A stretch of DNA of 34,394 nt from an uncultured Candidatus Saccharibacteria bacterium (GCA_964499355.1 CAZCKT010000001.1:1-34394), one strand, 5' to 3'; counted from the stretch's first letter, positions 8,573-16,366 are shown. Numbers and translations are program-made. The notes: generated by a model not told the origin, from the sequence alone.

Positions 8573-9005
8573 GAGCATTGTAACGTCATCGTTAAGGTTA
8601 TTTTCGTGCGTGCAAAAACATCACTATAAGTCATGGTTAGTTGTGATAGCTAGTAGAAATATTGCACTATTGTTATATGTCTAATAAAGAAGTTCCATAA
8701 ACGTTGAAAATTGACTTTGTACACAAAAATTGAACCACAAAAAGAATCGAAAAAACAAGCGATTGGGGAAAGTAACTGTACGTTTAGAATTCTGTGAAAC
8801 GAAGTAAGTAAAAAATTTTCAAAATGAAAAGTCAGTAAAATGGGTAAAGTTTCGGAAAAGGTTGGCAAATACGTAAAAAATGTTTATTAAAAACGTTTCG
8901 TAAACGTATCATTGAAGAATAGCACAAAAAAGGTACTGAGATATACATAAAATATGTAAAACTATCGCGTACTCAATAGTGTGGAAAAATGCGAAAAAAT
9001 ATCGA

Positions 9006-9014
9006 TGCTATAAT
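9006..9014 (+). promoter_or_regulatory. extended -10 TGCTATAAT, 5 nt before ruvA ATG
   Basis: TGCTATAAT at 9006-9014, then acctt, then ATG 9020. No SD. Confidence 0.5.
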
Positions 9015-9019
9015 ACCTT

Positions 9020-9634
9020 ATGATCGGTTTTATAAGAGGTAAGGTCTTGGAAATGTTTAAATCAGGCAAAGCTGTTTCCTCATTGGTTCTTTGGACTGCT
9101 GGCGAAGATGATTTTGGTATTGGCTATACCGTGTTAGTGTCTGAGATTCAGTCAGCCTTGTTCGCAGTCGGTACTGTTGCAAATTTGTGGACGTATTCTG
9201 TTCATAATGAAAACGATAATTACCTTATTGGGTTTGATTCAGTCCAAAAAATGAGATTATTTCTTAACATGCTTGATGTTTCAGGAGTAGGGCCGAGAAC
9301 TGCCATGCAGATTGTAGATACATTAGGTGTCGATGGAATTGCTCAAGCTTTGGGATCAAATGATGTAAAGGCTTTTTCTAAGGTCTCTGGAGTTGGTGCT
9401 AAAACTGCTGCAAAAATCGTACTTGAGCTTTCAGGTAAAGATTTCGATGTGACATCGGTTCTAAATCCTCAAAATGTAGATGTTTCAGCATTTCCAGATG
9501 TTATCGCAACGTTACAGAAACTTGGGTACTCATCATCGAATGCTAAAGAAGCAGTTGAAAAATCTGTTTCAGAACTTACGGCAAATCCATCGTTATCTAC
9601 AGCTGAAAAGGTAAAATTAGTTCTCTCAAAGTAA
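9020..9634 (+). CDS. ruvA: Holliday junction branch migration complex subunit RuvA
   Basis: MIGFIRGKV start, helix-hairpin-helix VSGVGPRTAMQIV and VSGVGAKTAAKIV, C-terminal domain III LGYSSSNAKEAV. Immediately followed by ruvB. Confidence 0.92.
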   Translation: MIGFIRGKVLEMFKSGKAVSSLVLWTAGEDDFGIGYTVLVSEIQSALFAVGTVANLWTYSVHNENDNYLIGFDSVQKMRLFLNMLDVSGVGPRTAMQIVDTLGVDGIAQALGSNDVKAFSKVSGVGAKTAAKIVLELSGKDFDVTSVLNPQNVDVSAFPDVIATLQKLGYSSSNAKEAVEKSVSELTANPSLSTAEKVKLVLSK

Positions 9635-9635
9635 T

Positions 9636-10688
9636 ATGATCGTAACAAATGGAGAGGACTCTGGAAAAGTACTCATGAAGAAGCTTTCGCGACCTGATCA
9701 AGTTGGTTCGCAGACAGTGCCTACCGATTTTTCACTACGACCTAAAACATTAAAGGAACTTATCGGTCGAGAGAAGGAAAAGCACATACTTTCTTTACTC
9801 ATTGCTGATACTAAGAAAAAGTGGGAAAAAGGGGATAAAGCTGCGGCAGACCATGTGTTGGTATACGGCCCACCAGGGTTAGGGAAGACGACGATTGCAC
9901 ACATACTTTCTAATGAGCTCGGAGTGACGGTTAAAGTCACTTCTGGACCTGCGATTGAACGTCAAGCTGATCTTATTGCAATATTAACTAACCTTGCAGC
10001 TGGGGATGTGTTGTTTATTGACGAAATTCATCGTTTGCGTAAGCCAGTAGAAGAGCTTTTGTACCCAGCTATGGAGGATTTTCAAGTGGATATCATAGTC
10101 GGACAAGGGACGGCATCACAATCTGTTCGTTTCACATTGCCACCATTCACACTGATAGGAGCAACAACGAGAATTGGGTTACTTTCTTCACCTTTACGTG
10201 ATCGATTTGGTGTGTTGTTGCACTTAGATTTTTATTCAGTAGAGGAGCTTTCTTTGATGTTGCAACGTCTAGCAAAGGGTGAAGATATTGCTATCGATGC
10301 TGATGCTTTTACCGAAATTGCGAAAAGATCTCGAGGAACTGCCCGAATTGCCGTGAGATTGCTTAAACGCGTTAAAGAATACCTTGCTGTGCACGGAGAA
10401 AACGCCAAAATTCTTACTCGAGAACTTGCTTCTGATGCACTTGATCTGCTCGGTATAGATTCTTTAGGTCTTGATCGCTTGGATCAAATAATCCTTAAAA
10501 CAATGGTCGAAAAATATGGTGGTGGCCCAATTGGGCTAAAAACCTTGGCCGCCGCAGTCGCTGAGGATGAAGAAACTATCGAAGTCGTGTATGAACCGTT
10601 CTTAATGAGAACGGGGCTAATTAAACGTACTCCACGGGGGCGAGTTGTTACACCACTTGCGCTCGAACATCTTGGACAATACAGTTAA
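9636..10688 (+). CDS. ruvB: Holliday junction DNA helicase RuvB
   Basis: LRPKTLKELIGRE, Walker A YGPPGLGKTTIA, Walker B LFIDEIHRL, GATTR, RGTARIAVRLLKR. Confidence 0.95.
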   Translation: MIVTNGEDSGKVLMKKLSRPDQVGSQTVPTDFSLRPKTLKELIGREKEKHILSLLIADTKKKWEKGDKAAADHVLVYGPPGLGKTTIAHILSNELGVTVKVTSGPAIERQADLIAILTNLAAGDVLFIDEIHRLRKPVEELLYPAMEDFQVDIIVGQGTASQSVRFTLPPFTLIGATTRIGLLSSPLRDRFGVLLHLDFYSVEELSLMLQRLAKGEDIAIDADAFTEIAKRSRGTARIAVRLLKRVKEYLAVHGENAKILTRELASDALDLLGIDSLGLDRLDQIILKTMVEKYGGGPIGLKTLAAAVAEDEETIEVVYEPFLMRTGLIKRTPRGRVVTPLALEHLGQYS

Positions 10689-10693
10689 AATAT

Positions 10694-10702
10694 TGCTATA
10701 GT
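10694..10702 (+). promoter_or_regulatory. extended -10 TGCTATAGT, 6 nt before ATG 10709
   Basis: TG-C-TATAGT, then aactat, then ATG. No SD. Confidence 0.45.
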
Positions 10703-10708
10703 AACTAT

Positions 10709-11695
10709 ATGGAAAATGTGGCACAACCCGTAAGAAGACCTGATGATGTAGCAGTAGTTGCAGATACATCTGGGCTATTAATGAGTAATGACTCTCCATT
10801 TACTAAAATAGCAAGACAGCTTGATCAAATTCGTTCAAACTTTCAGGTTTTGTTAGCACCGGGTGAAAAGCAGTTTAAGGATCTACCGAAAAGAGTCCGA
10901 TTAATGGTTGTTTCTTTTGGTATTCCTTTGGTATATGCGTTACTTAAAGTGTATGTTATTCAATCTTCGACATCGATTCTAATATGGGGAGTTATAGCAT
11001 TTCTGCTTGGTTTGCTTACCTATTGGGGGATTTATTGGGGAGTTAAAGGACAAGTTCGGCAAGAATCGTATTGGTCTGTATTGCTGTTGCCGGGATTGTT
11101 TGTTATTTCGAATATTCTATTTTTAAGTACGGTCTTTGTAGGAGAAATTAACCGATTGTACCTGTGGGGGCTTTTCGCACTCGCGATAATAACCTTTATG
11201 ACGATATTGTATATTTTGTCTTTAGCCGTAAATATATTGAATGTATCGTTGTTTTATACCATTCCTCTGAGCAGACTAGGGGAGTCAGTTGCATACATTT
11301 GTAGTGTTATTATGATGTTTCTTATTTCATACACGTTGTTCGAGCACCTTCTTCCGTATTTGATCGCACTGAACTTTACCGCCATTGGAATATTATTAGG
11401 TGGAACATTTGTACTATTAGGAGCAATTGTAACCGCTTTATGGAACTACTTCGTGCCATATTCCCGTGGGTTTTGGCTCTTCGTATTGCTTTCGACTATG
11501 TTTTTGACTATTTCACTAGCTATTTCTACGACGTTTTTACCGTTTGCTTGGATCTCAGGTGTTGTCCATGGAATGGTCAGTTATGTGTTCATGGGATATA
11601 TCATTCATAAAGAACAAAATACGTTAAATAAGACCATTATTTGGGAACTAATCGCAGTTGTTGCGGTAGCCTTTTTCACCATAATCTGGGCGTAG
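10709..11695 (+). CDS. hypothetical polytopic membrane protein (328 aa)
   Basis: About 60-aa soluble N-terminus followed by roughly 8 hydrophobic segments. No assignable motif. Confidence 0.65.
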   Translation: MENVAQPVRRPDDVAVVADTSGLLMSNDSPFTKIARQLDQIRSNFQVLLAPGEKQFKDLPKRVRLMVVSFGIPLVYALLKVYVIQSSTSILIWGVIAFLLGLLTYWGIYWGVKGQVRQESYWSVLLLPGLFVISNILFLSTVFVGEINRLYLWGLFALAIITFMTILYILSLAVNILNVSLFYTIPLSRLGESVAYICSVIMMFLISYTLFEHLLPYLIALNFTAIGILLGGTFVLLGAIVTALWNYFVPYSRGFWLFVLLSTMFLTISLAISTTFLPFAWISGVVHGMVSYVFMGYIIHKEQNTLNKTIIWELIAVVAVAFFTIIWA

Positions 11696-11928
11696 AGTAG
11701 AGGACTGTGGATAAGTATCGTCCTATAGTATACATATCCTATAGTTTTTAATGTGTTTAGGTACGAAAGTGCTATCTTTCCGAGAGTGGTAAGAGACCAT
11801 ATATCTGCATGAATTTAATTACGTAAGTATTCGAATTGTTTTTTAGAAAATCGAGTATTTCTACTCCCAAATAAACCAGTACCTTAAGAATCTGGTTTTT
11901 GAGCTTTGTTTGGTCAAAGTGCCCAATA

Positions 11929-11956
11929 TTGTAAACGTATCGAGACTGAGTATAAT
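11929..11956 (+). promoter_or_regulatory. candidate promoter TTGTAA-16 bp-TATAAT overlapping the left arm of the 13-6-13 palindrome
   Basis: TTGTAA at 11929-11934 and TATAAT at 11951-11956. It would drive the mini-ORF at 12005. Confidence 0.35.
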
Positions 11957-11974
11957 CTCCCTTATACTCAGTCT
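11943..11974. other. perfect inverted repeat AGACTGAGTATAA-TCTCCC-TTATACTCAGTCT; candidate dif-like Xer site or operator
   Basis: Arms of 13 bp with no mismatch and a 6-bp spacer. The inner arm ends are ..TATAA / TTATA.., as in dif sites. It lies 241 bp upstream of the Xer-like recombinase gene. Confidence 0.4.
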
Positions 11975-12004
11975 AAATCTGTCGGTCTGGGAGGAGAGCC
12001 CTAT

Positions 12005-12085
12005 TTGTGGCATTTTGATCTGTTTTCTCTTATTCTGATTATTTTCTTTTTAATTCACTTTATTCTCTTAGAAAATTCGAATTAA
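12005..12085 (+). CDS. candidate 26-aa hydrophobic mini-protein (TTG start)
   Basis: GGGAGGAG at 11989-11996, the strongest SD-like element in the window, lies 8 nt before TTG. It would encode (M)WHFDLFSLILIIFFLIHFILLENSN*, one TM-length hydrophobic stretch. No homology evidence is available. Confidence 0.3.
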   Translation: MWHFDLFSLILIIFFLIHFILLENSN

Positions 12086-12204
12086 ATTTGATTTATTCCA
12101 TAATTACGACAAATTTGGCTTTACCCCTCTTGAACCTAGGTCTCTCGAAACTTGGAAATTTGGGCTATCTCTGCCCTTTCTTCCCCTTTTTGGGGAATTT
12201 ACGA

Positions 12205-12210
12205 TATACT
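12205..12210 (+). promoter_or_regulatory. -10 box TATACT, 5 nt before recombinase ATG
   Basis: TATACT, then gtgac, then ATG 12216. Confidence 0.35.
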
Positions 12211-12215
12211 GTGAC

Positions 12216-13352
12216 ATGCGTAAGATATCTATCCAACAACTACTTGATAGCGATAACCGCCCAAAATTGGAGTGTCAGAACGAATTCTTGTTACATCTCT
12301 ATAATAACAACTACAGCGACGAAACTGTGTATAACTACAACAGGGATCTAACGTTCTTTGCTGAGTATATCGATGAAGCAAAAGTTGAGTTCAAGAAGGT
12401 CAATAAACTGACAATTACTTTTTTCAAAGGTTGGCTGAAGGAAAGGAACCATGTTCATCATACTCATGAAGTGGAAAAGGAATTAGAGCCAAAGTTAGGT
12501 GCGAATAACACCGTAGACATGGCATCTAAGGCTAAAAAGGCCTCAAAAACGAACGAGGCGAAGAAAGTTGACCAAGAACCTCAATCCGTTTCGTACAAAA
12601 ACTCAAAATCGTTTGTTGGACGAAATAACAATCCAGAAATTTTAGATGCATTGTCTGTAAACAGGATTTTAGTTTCGCTGAGAAATTATTTACGATTTCT
12701 TGTTGAATATGATTATGAAACTCCTTTAGCACCTGATGCAGTTCAGTTAGTTCGTATTGCAAAGAAGAAACCTCAGGTACCAACCCTAGATGAAGTTGTT
12801 GCCTTGGTTGAAGCGCCATCACAGTATGAGTCTGAAGAAATTATTGCTTTAAGAAATCGAGCAGCACTCGAGTTATTGTTGGCAACGGGTATGCGTATTT
12901 CTGAAGTAGTGAGTATAAACCGTGATCAAATAAACTCTGATGGTAAACTTTTCATCACTGGTAAGGGAAAGAAGCAACGATTTGTGTATTTAACGCATAG
13001 GGCAGTCACCCATATTAAAGAATACCTGGCGAAAAGGGCAGACCCCTACCCTGCTTTGTTTTTGCCCACAAGTGGGAGCAGATTAAAAGGTTCAGACCCT
13101 CGAATTTCGACGAATTATTTGCAAATGAAAATCGCTCATTATCGTAGAATGCTTGAAATTATCGTACCAATGAGCGCACATACGATTCGACACGCATATG
13201 CAACGTATTTAGCTGAAAATGGTGCTAATCCAGCGGCAATTCAGGTACTTTTAGGTCACGAAAGTCTCCAAACTACCACACGTTACGTGCATACAAGCGA
13301 TAAATTTGCCGAAGAAACACATAAGGAATATCATCCAGTAAGCGAAGATTGA
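12216..13352 (+). CDS. Xer-like tyrosine site-specific recombinase with a Lys-rich insertion in the N-terminal region
   Basis: N-terminal core-binding pattern YSDETVYNYNRDLTFFAEYI. Catalytic signature ATGMRISEV (Arg), HTIRHAYATYL (H-x-x-R), LLGHESLQTTTRYVH (His/Tyr). 378 aa versus about 300 for XerC/D, because of an ~80-aa insert (HVHHTHEVEKE..KAKKASKTNEAKK..). Confidence 0.85.
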   Translation: MRKISIQQLLDSDNRPKLECQNEFLLHLYNNNYSDETVYNYNRDLTFFAEYIDEAKVEFKKVNKLTITFFKGWLKERNHVHHTHEVEKELEPKLGANNTVDMASKAKKASKTNEAKKVDQEPQSVSYKNSKSFVGRNNNPEILDALSVNRILVSLRNYLRFLVEYDYETPLAPDAVQLVRIAKKKPQVPTLDEVVALVEAPSQYESEEIIALRNRAALELLLATGMRISEVVSINRDQINSDGKLFITGKGKKQRFVYLTHRAVTHIKEYLAKRADPYPALFLPTSGSRLKGSDPRISTNYLQMKIAHYRRMLEIIVPMSAHTIRHAYATYLAENGANPAAIQVLLGHESLQTTTRYVHTSDKFAEETHKEYHPVSED

Positions 13353-13373
13353 TTTTATTTTATTAAATTGATT

Positions 13374-14126
13374 ATGTTTGGAAATTTATCTGTTAGTCGA
13401 CTTTTTAGAAATCTCTTTTACTACAGTATTTTTTTATTGATTGCTGGCGGGATTATGGCGTATTTCGGATTGGTAAACAATGTTTATATACTTTCGATTT
13501 TTGGTTTTCTTATTTTTGTAGTCGTATTTGCAATCGAATTGCCATTAGTTGTTGGGTATTGGATTTCGGCAGTACTTGCAGAAAAGCTCGTTGCCAAAAT
13601 GGGAATATCAAATAAGCTTGTGGCATTTCTTATTGTTCCGTTCGTTATGATGGTGATTTGTACGTTAGTTGCTTTGATGTATAGTGTGGCGAGTAATCTA
13701 TGGTCTGTATCAAAATATCAAGTTAACATGTACACAGGAGAGGATTTTGCTTACCCTACCCACGTATTGAAAGATGAATCCGGAAAATTAACTGTTTCTA
13801 TTATCCAGTCAGATTTACAAAAACAAGAACGAGCATTTTCCGTCGCTCTATATTCTAACGTAACTGAGCAATATGTTGATAAATTTTCATTTCACACAGA
13901 TTGGTTAAATACCGGTAAGGTTGAATGGATAACTTTTGGGACAGATTCGATCTTACGAGTATCAGCAAAAGAAGGAAATTTTGCCTATCTTTTAACAGAT
14001 GAAATTTGGGAACGGATATCACTAGACATGAAAACGCAGAGTGAGTGCAACCAGCTAAAGAATAGATTGAAAGAATATAAATCGCAGTACATGAATGCCG
14101 CGATATTGGTGCATTGTCCAAAATAA
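13374..14126 (+). CDS. hypothetical membrane protein (250 aa; ~4 TM plus soluble C-terminal domain)
   Basis: Long ORF. ATG 13374 is preferred over TTG 13368. The N-terminal 110 aa are hydrophobic. Confidence 0.6.
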   Translation: MFGNLSVSRLFRNLFYYSIFLLIAGGIMAYFGLVNNVYILSIFGFLIFVVVFAIELPLVVGYWISAVLAEKLVAKMGISNKLVAFLIVPFVMMVICTLVALMYSVASNLWSVSKYQVNMYTGEDFAYPTHVLKDESGKLTVSIIQSDLQKQERAFSVALYSNVTEQYVDKFSFHTDWLNTGKVEWITFGTDSILRVSAKEGNFAYLLTDEIWERISLDMKTQSECNQLKNRLKEYKSQYMNAAILVHCPK

Positions 14127-14194
14127 GGTTTAGTAGTTCTCTTCAACAAAGGATAGAAAAACAAGATATATAATTGGCAGTGTGTATCTACTAT

Positions 14195-14228
14195 AGGGTA
14201 TAATACACCTAATACCCTCGATTTTTTT
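14195..14228 (+). terminator. candidate rho-independent terminator
   Basis: AGGGTA (14195-14200) pairs with TACCCT (14213-14218) across a 12-nt loop, followed by CGATTTTTTT. The weak 6-bp stem lies 69 nt after the stop of the 250-aa gene. Confidence 0.4.
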
Positions 14229-14301
14229 CGATGAGCAAGTACTTTAATAAAACTTTTGCAATTGTTTGATAAAAACATTGTAAAAGTAATGGACTCTTAA
14301 A

Positions 14302-14359
14302 CGGAGCTGCCACGATAAAGGACATGTATACTGTGTTTTTTCTCGTGGCAACAGCTCCG
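14302..14359 (+). promoter_or_regulatory. GC-rich 14-bp bulged hairpin in the leader of the 116-aa ORF (possible cis-regulatory RNA)
   Basis: CGGAGCTG (14302-14309) pairs with CAGCTCCG (14352-14359). CCACGA (14310-14315) pairs with TCGTGG (14343-14348). 3-nt bulge CAA and a 27-nt loop. TCGTGG can alternatively pair with CCACG at 14376-14380. Confidence 0.3.
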
Positions 14360-14411
14360 GGAACCGATACCCCGACCACGCGAAGTGTAGCTGAGAATAA
14401 GGAAGTGCAAG

Positions 14412-14762
14412 ATGAAACGATGGCATTTGGTTGATGCCGGACAAGCCCCCAACTGGGTAGCCCCGCAGACGTTGCAGGTTAAATTCGTCAATGGGAGAAC
14501 AAATGCAACGAACACAGCCTTTGGTTGTGTTTACGAGTTGCGCTTGTGGGGGGAATTGTACGATAGATTTTCAGATGTGAAGAATGTCGAACTTTTCACT
14601 TCTGATGATGTACTTTCCCTTTCTGCCGCTATTAAGGATGAATTTCCAGAAGCACAATTGACTATTTTCGATTGGAAAGACGGCCTCCGGGCTACAATCG
14701 CAGATAGTGAGGTTCTCTACTCAAGATATCATGGAGGTTTTCTCCTATATATTAAAAAGTAG
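14412..14762 (+). CDS. hypothetical protein (116 aa)
   Basis: AAGGAAG SD at 14399-14405, 6 nt before the ATG. The ORF ends 19 nt before a strong terminator. No assignable motif. Confidence 0.55.
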   Translation: MKRWHLVDAGQAPNWVAPQTLQVKFVNGRTNATNTAFGCVYELRLWGELYDRFSDVKNVELFTSDDVLSLSAAIKDEFPEAQLTIFDWKDGLRATIADSEVLYSRYHGGFLLYIKK

Positions 14763-14780
14763 ATTACCGCGTTCGAAAGA

Positions 14781-14843
14781 AGTCCATTAATATCCCCCGT
14801 CACGGGTAATCTTTTTTACTCGTGACGGCTGGACTTTTTATTT
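14781..14843 (+). terminator. strong hairpin terminator at the convergence point of the two gene blocks
   Basis: Outer stem AGTCCA (14781-14786) / TGGACT (14830-14835). Inner stem CCGTCACG (14797-14804) / CGTGACGG (14821-14828), extendable to 13 bp. Followed by TTTTTATTT on the + strand. The trailing sequence is much less U-rich in the minus direction. Confidence 0.7.
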
Positions 14844-14847
14844 CAAA

Positions 14848-16356
14848 CTAAACATTTTTTTCCTGGTACTGCGCAATTTTTATTAGAAGAAGCGCATCTT
14901 TGAATACAGATGCCATTGCATTATTGCTGACGTGCGAAATATTTGCTAAATCAATACCTTCATGGAGAGCGTTAAGGAATACTGATGGCGGAGCTGTTAT
15001 TGTTTGTCCTACTGAAAGTATGTCATGTTGGTGGTTGAATAAACCGGTGAGGGCATTCATAAGTATAGGGTTTTCTGCAGAACTGACACAGTATACTGGA
15101 CTCACTTGTAAACTATCATTAAATTCTACTGGGGAAGATATGATCGACAATCGAGTGTCATCTAAAATTTCGCCTAATATTGAGAAAATAGTATTAAGTG
15201 GTACTGAGATTTTTTTATGATTTTGTAGCCACGTATCAATCAGCGCAAGAGTTTGGCTCCTAAGTTTTACCCATATATCTGGGTTTTCTTGGTAATGCTG
15301 GTCATGAATTACTTGTTGATCGTGTAGTGTTTGATCTAAGGAGGCATTACTTTTTGTTATATATTGAGTTGCTTTAGTTAGTGAGTAGATTGTAAGCTGT
15401 TGTGTTGCGGTATTTTTGCTTTCAAGTATTTTTGTGCAAAGTTGTTGGTACCATTCGGCGAAGATAATCTCCCCAGTTGGGCCAATGGTAATTGTTCCCT
15501 GAATCCCACCATTTTTATGAATCAATTGTTCAATTTCCTCTCTTTCCTTTACTGTGAAATGATTCATTAACGGATCCCCGAAATCAAAAATTTTAATTTT
15601 TTTGTCCTGAGTAATACCTGCAAGAGATGACCAGAGTGAGGTAAAAAACCATGGCGTGTCGTCCGTCCCTTGCATGACGTGAATATCAGGGATATATCCC
15701 AGGAGAACTCCGTGAATCAGATTCACTGCGGCATTCTTTAATTCAGCAGCCGGAATGGAAGAAAGTTTCTCAATTGAAGGAATTGTAGATTTACCTGAAT
15801 AACCGTCTCGAATTATTCTTTCTCGCTCTAATAACTCATCGTTAACGTCAAAGCTATTATGAGGTAATGGTTCAATCAGTGGCTGAGTGACTATACCTTC
15901 GTCAGATATATTTGTATCGACAACTAACGATCCAAGGCAATGACGACTACACCCATAAGCGTAACGGGAAGATGTAACTTTTTCTTTGATATATTGTGAG
16001 TACTGTTCAGTCGTTAATTTGCTTTTTATGTCAATACCTCTTAAACGCAGTTTTAATTCGATTATGGGTACTTTTACAACCGAATCATTACGTTTGATTG
16101 CTATGAATTCCCTACCTAAACCTAGAAAACCAATAGTCTCATTTTCAACGATGTCTTGCGGGATAGGTAATCCGGTATGCTCAGTCACAGCATTTGGCTC
16201 TACTGGAATTCTAGGAATTACCTGATTGCCAACGAATGCGGTTAAGAGTTGCAATTGTTTATTTGGATCTTTTGCAGCACTTTGGTAGTCACGGGTTAGC
16301 TCAGCGAATTCCACATCAATGTACCCTTTTGGTATTGGACGTGGTTCGGCTGCCAT
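14848..16356 (-). CDS. hypothetical protein (502 aa), immediately downstream of gyrA
   Basis: Long ORF. ATG 16356 lies 10 nt after the gyrA stop (TAG 16369-16367). The ORF-track TTG at 16377 would overlap gyrA. No motif recognised. Confidence 0.6.
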   Translation of the reverse strand: MAAEPRPIPKGYIDVEFAELTRDYQSAAKDPNKQLQLLTAFVGNQVIPRIPVEPNAVTEHTGLPIPQDIVENETIGFLGLGREFIAIKRNDSVVKVPIIELKLRLRGIDIKSKLTTEQYSQYIKEKVTSSRYAYGCSRHCLGSLVVDTNISDEGIVTQPLIEPLPHNSFDVNDELLERERIIRDGYSGKSTIPSIEKLSSIPAAELKNAAVNLIHGVLLGYIPDIHVMQGTDDTPWFFTSLWSSLAGITQDKKIKIFDFGDPLMNHFTVKEREEIEQLIHKNGGIQGTITIGPTGEIIFAEWYQQLCTKILESKNTATQQLTIYSLTKATQYITKSNASLDQTLHDQQVIHDQHYQENPDIWVKLRSQTLALIDTWLQNHKKISVPLNTIFSILGEILDDTRLSIISSPVEFNDSLQVSPVYCVSSAENPILMNALTGLFNHQHDILSVGQTITAPPSVFLNALHEGIDLANISHVSNNAMASVFKDALLLIKIAQYQEKNV

Positions 16357-16366
16357 AGTGAAACAG

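Noticed and set aside
8650-8868. 72-aa ORF on the minus strand in the ruvA upstream spacer
   Set aside because: The Phe/Leu-rich sequence is generated by reading poly-A tracts in reverse. There is no promoter or SD and it looks like composition-driven noise.
11706-11714. Perfect DnaA box TGTGGATAA (plus near-boxes around 8720-8745 and 8980-8988) as evidence for oriC
   Set aside because: A single perfect 9-mer is expected by chance at roughly this frequency in 34 kb on two strands. There is no dnaA/dnaN nearby. Gene orientation on both sides is co-directional or convergent, the opposite of an origin.
12088-12351. 87-aa + strand ORF overlapping the recombinase start
   Set aside because: It is out of frame with, and overlaps, the well-supported Xer-like CDS. 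It has low-complexity composition and no start signals.
12216-13352. Tyrosine recombinase as a phage or ICE integrase marking a mobile element
   Set aside because: There are no phage, conjugation or cargo genes. I could find no direct repeats flanking a plausible island. The only tRNA is 6 kb away on the other side of ruvAB. The N-terminal and C-terminal motifs look Xer-like rather than integrase-like.
14297-14420. GC-rich segment as SRP RNA, RNase P RNA, tmRNA or a tRNA fragment
   Set aside because: On neither strand could I find the SRP domain IV GGAAGCAGC-type motif, the RNase P GAGGAAAGUCC motif, or a tmRNA/tRNA T-arm (GGTTCGA). It is kept only as an unclassified structured leader.
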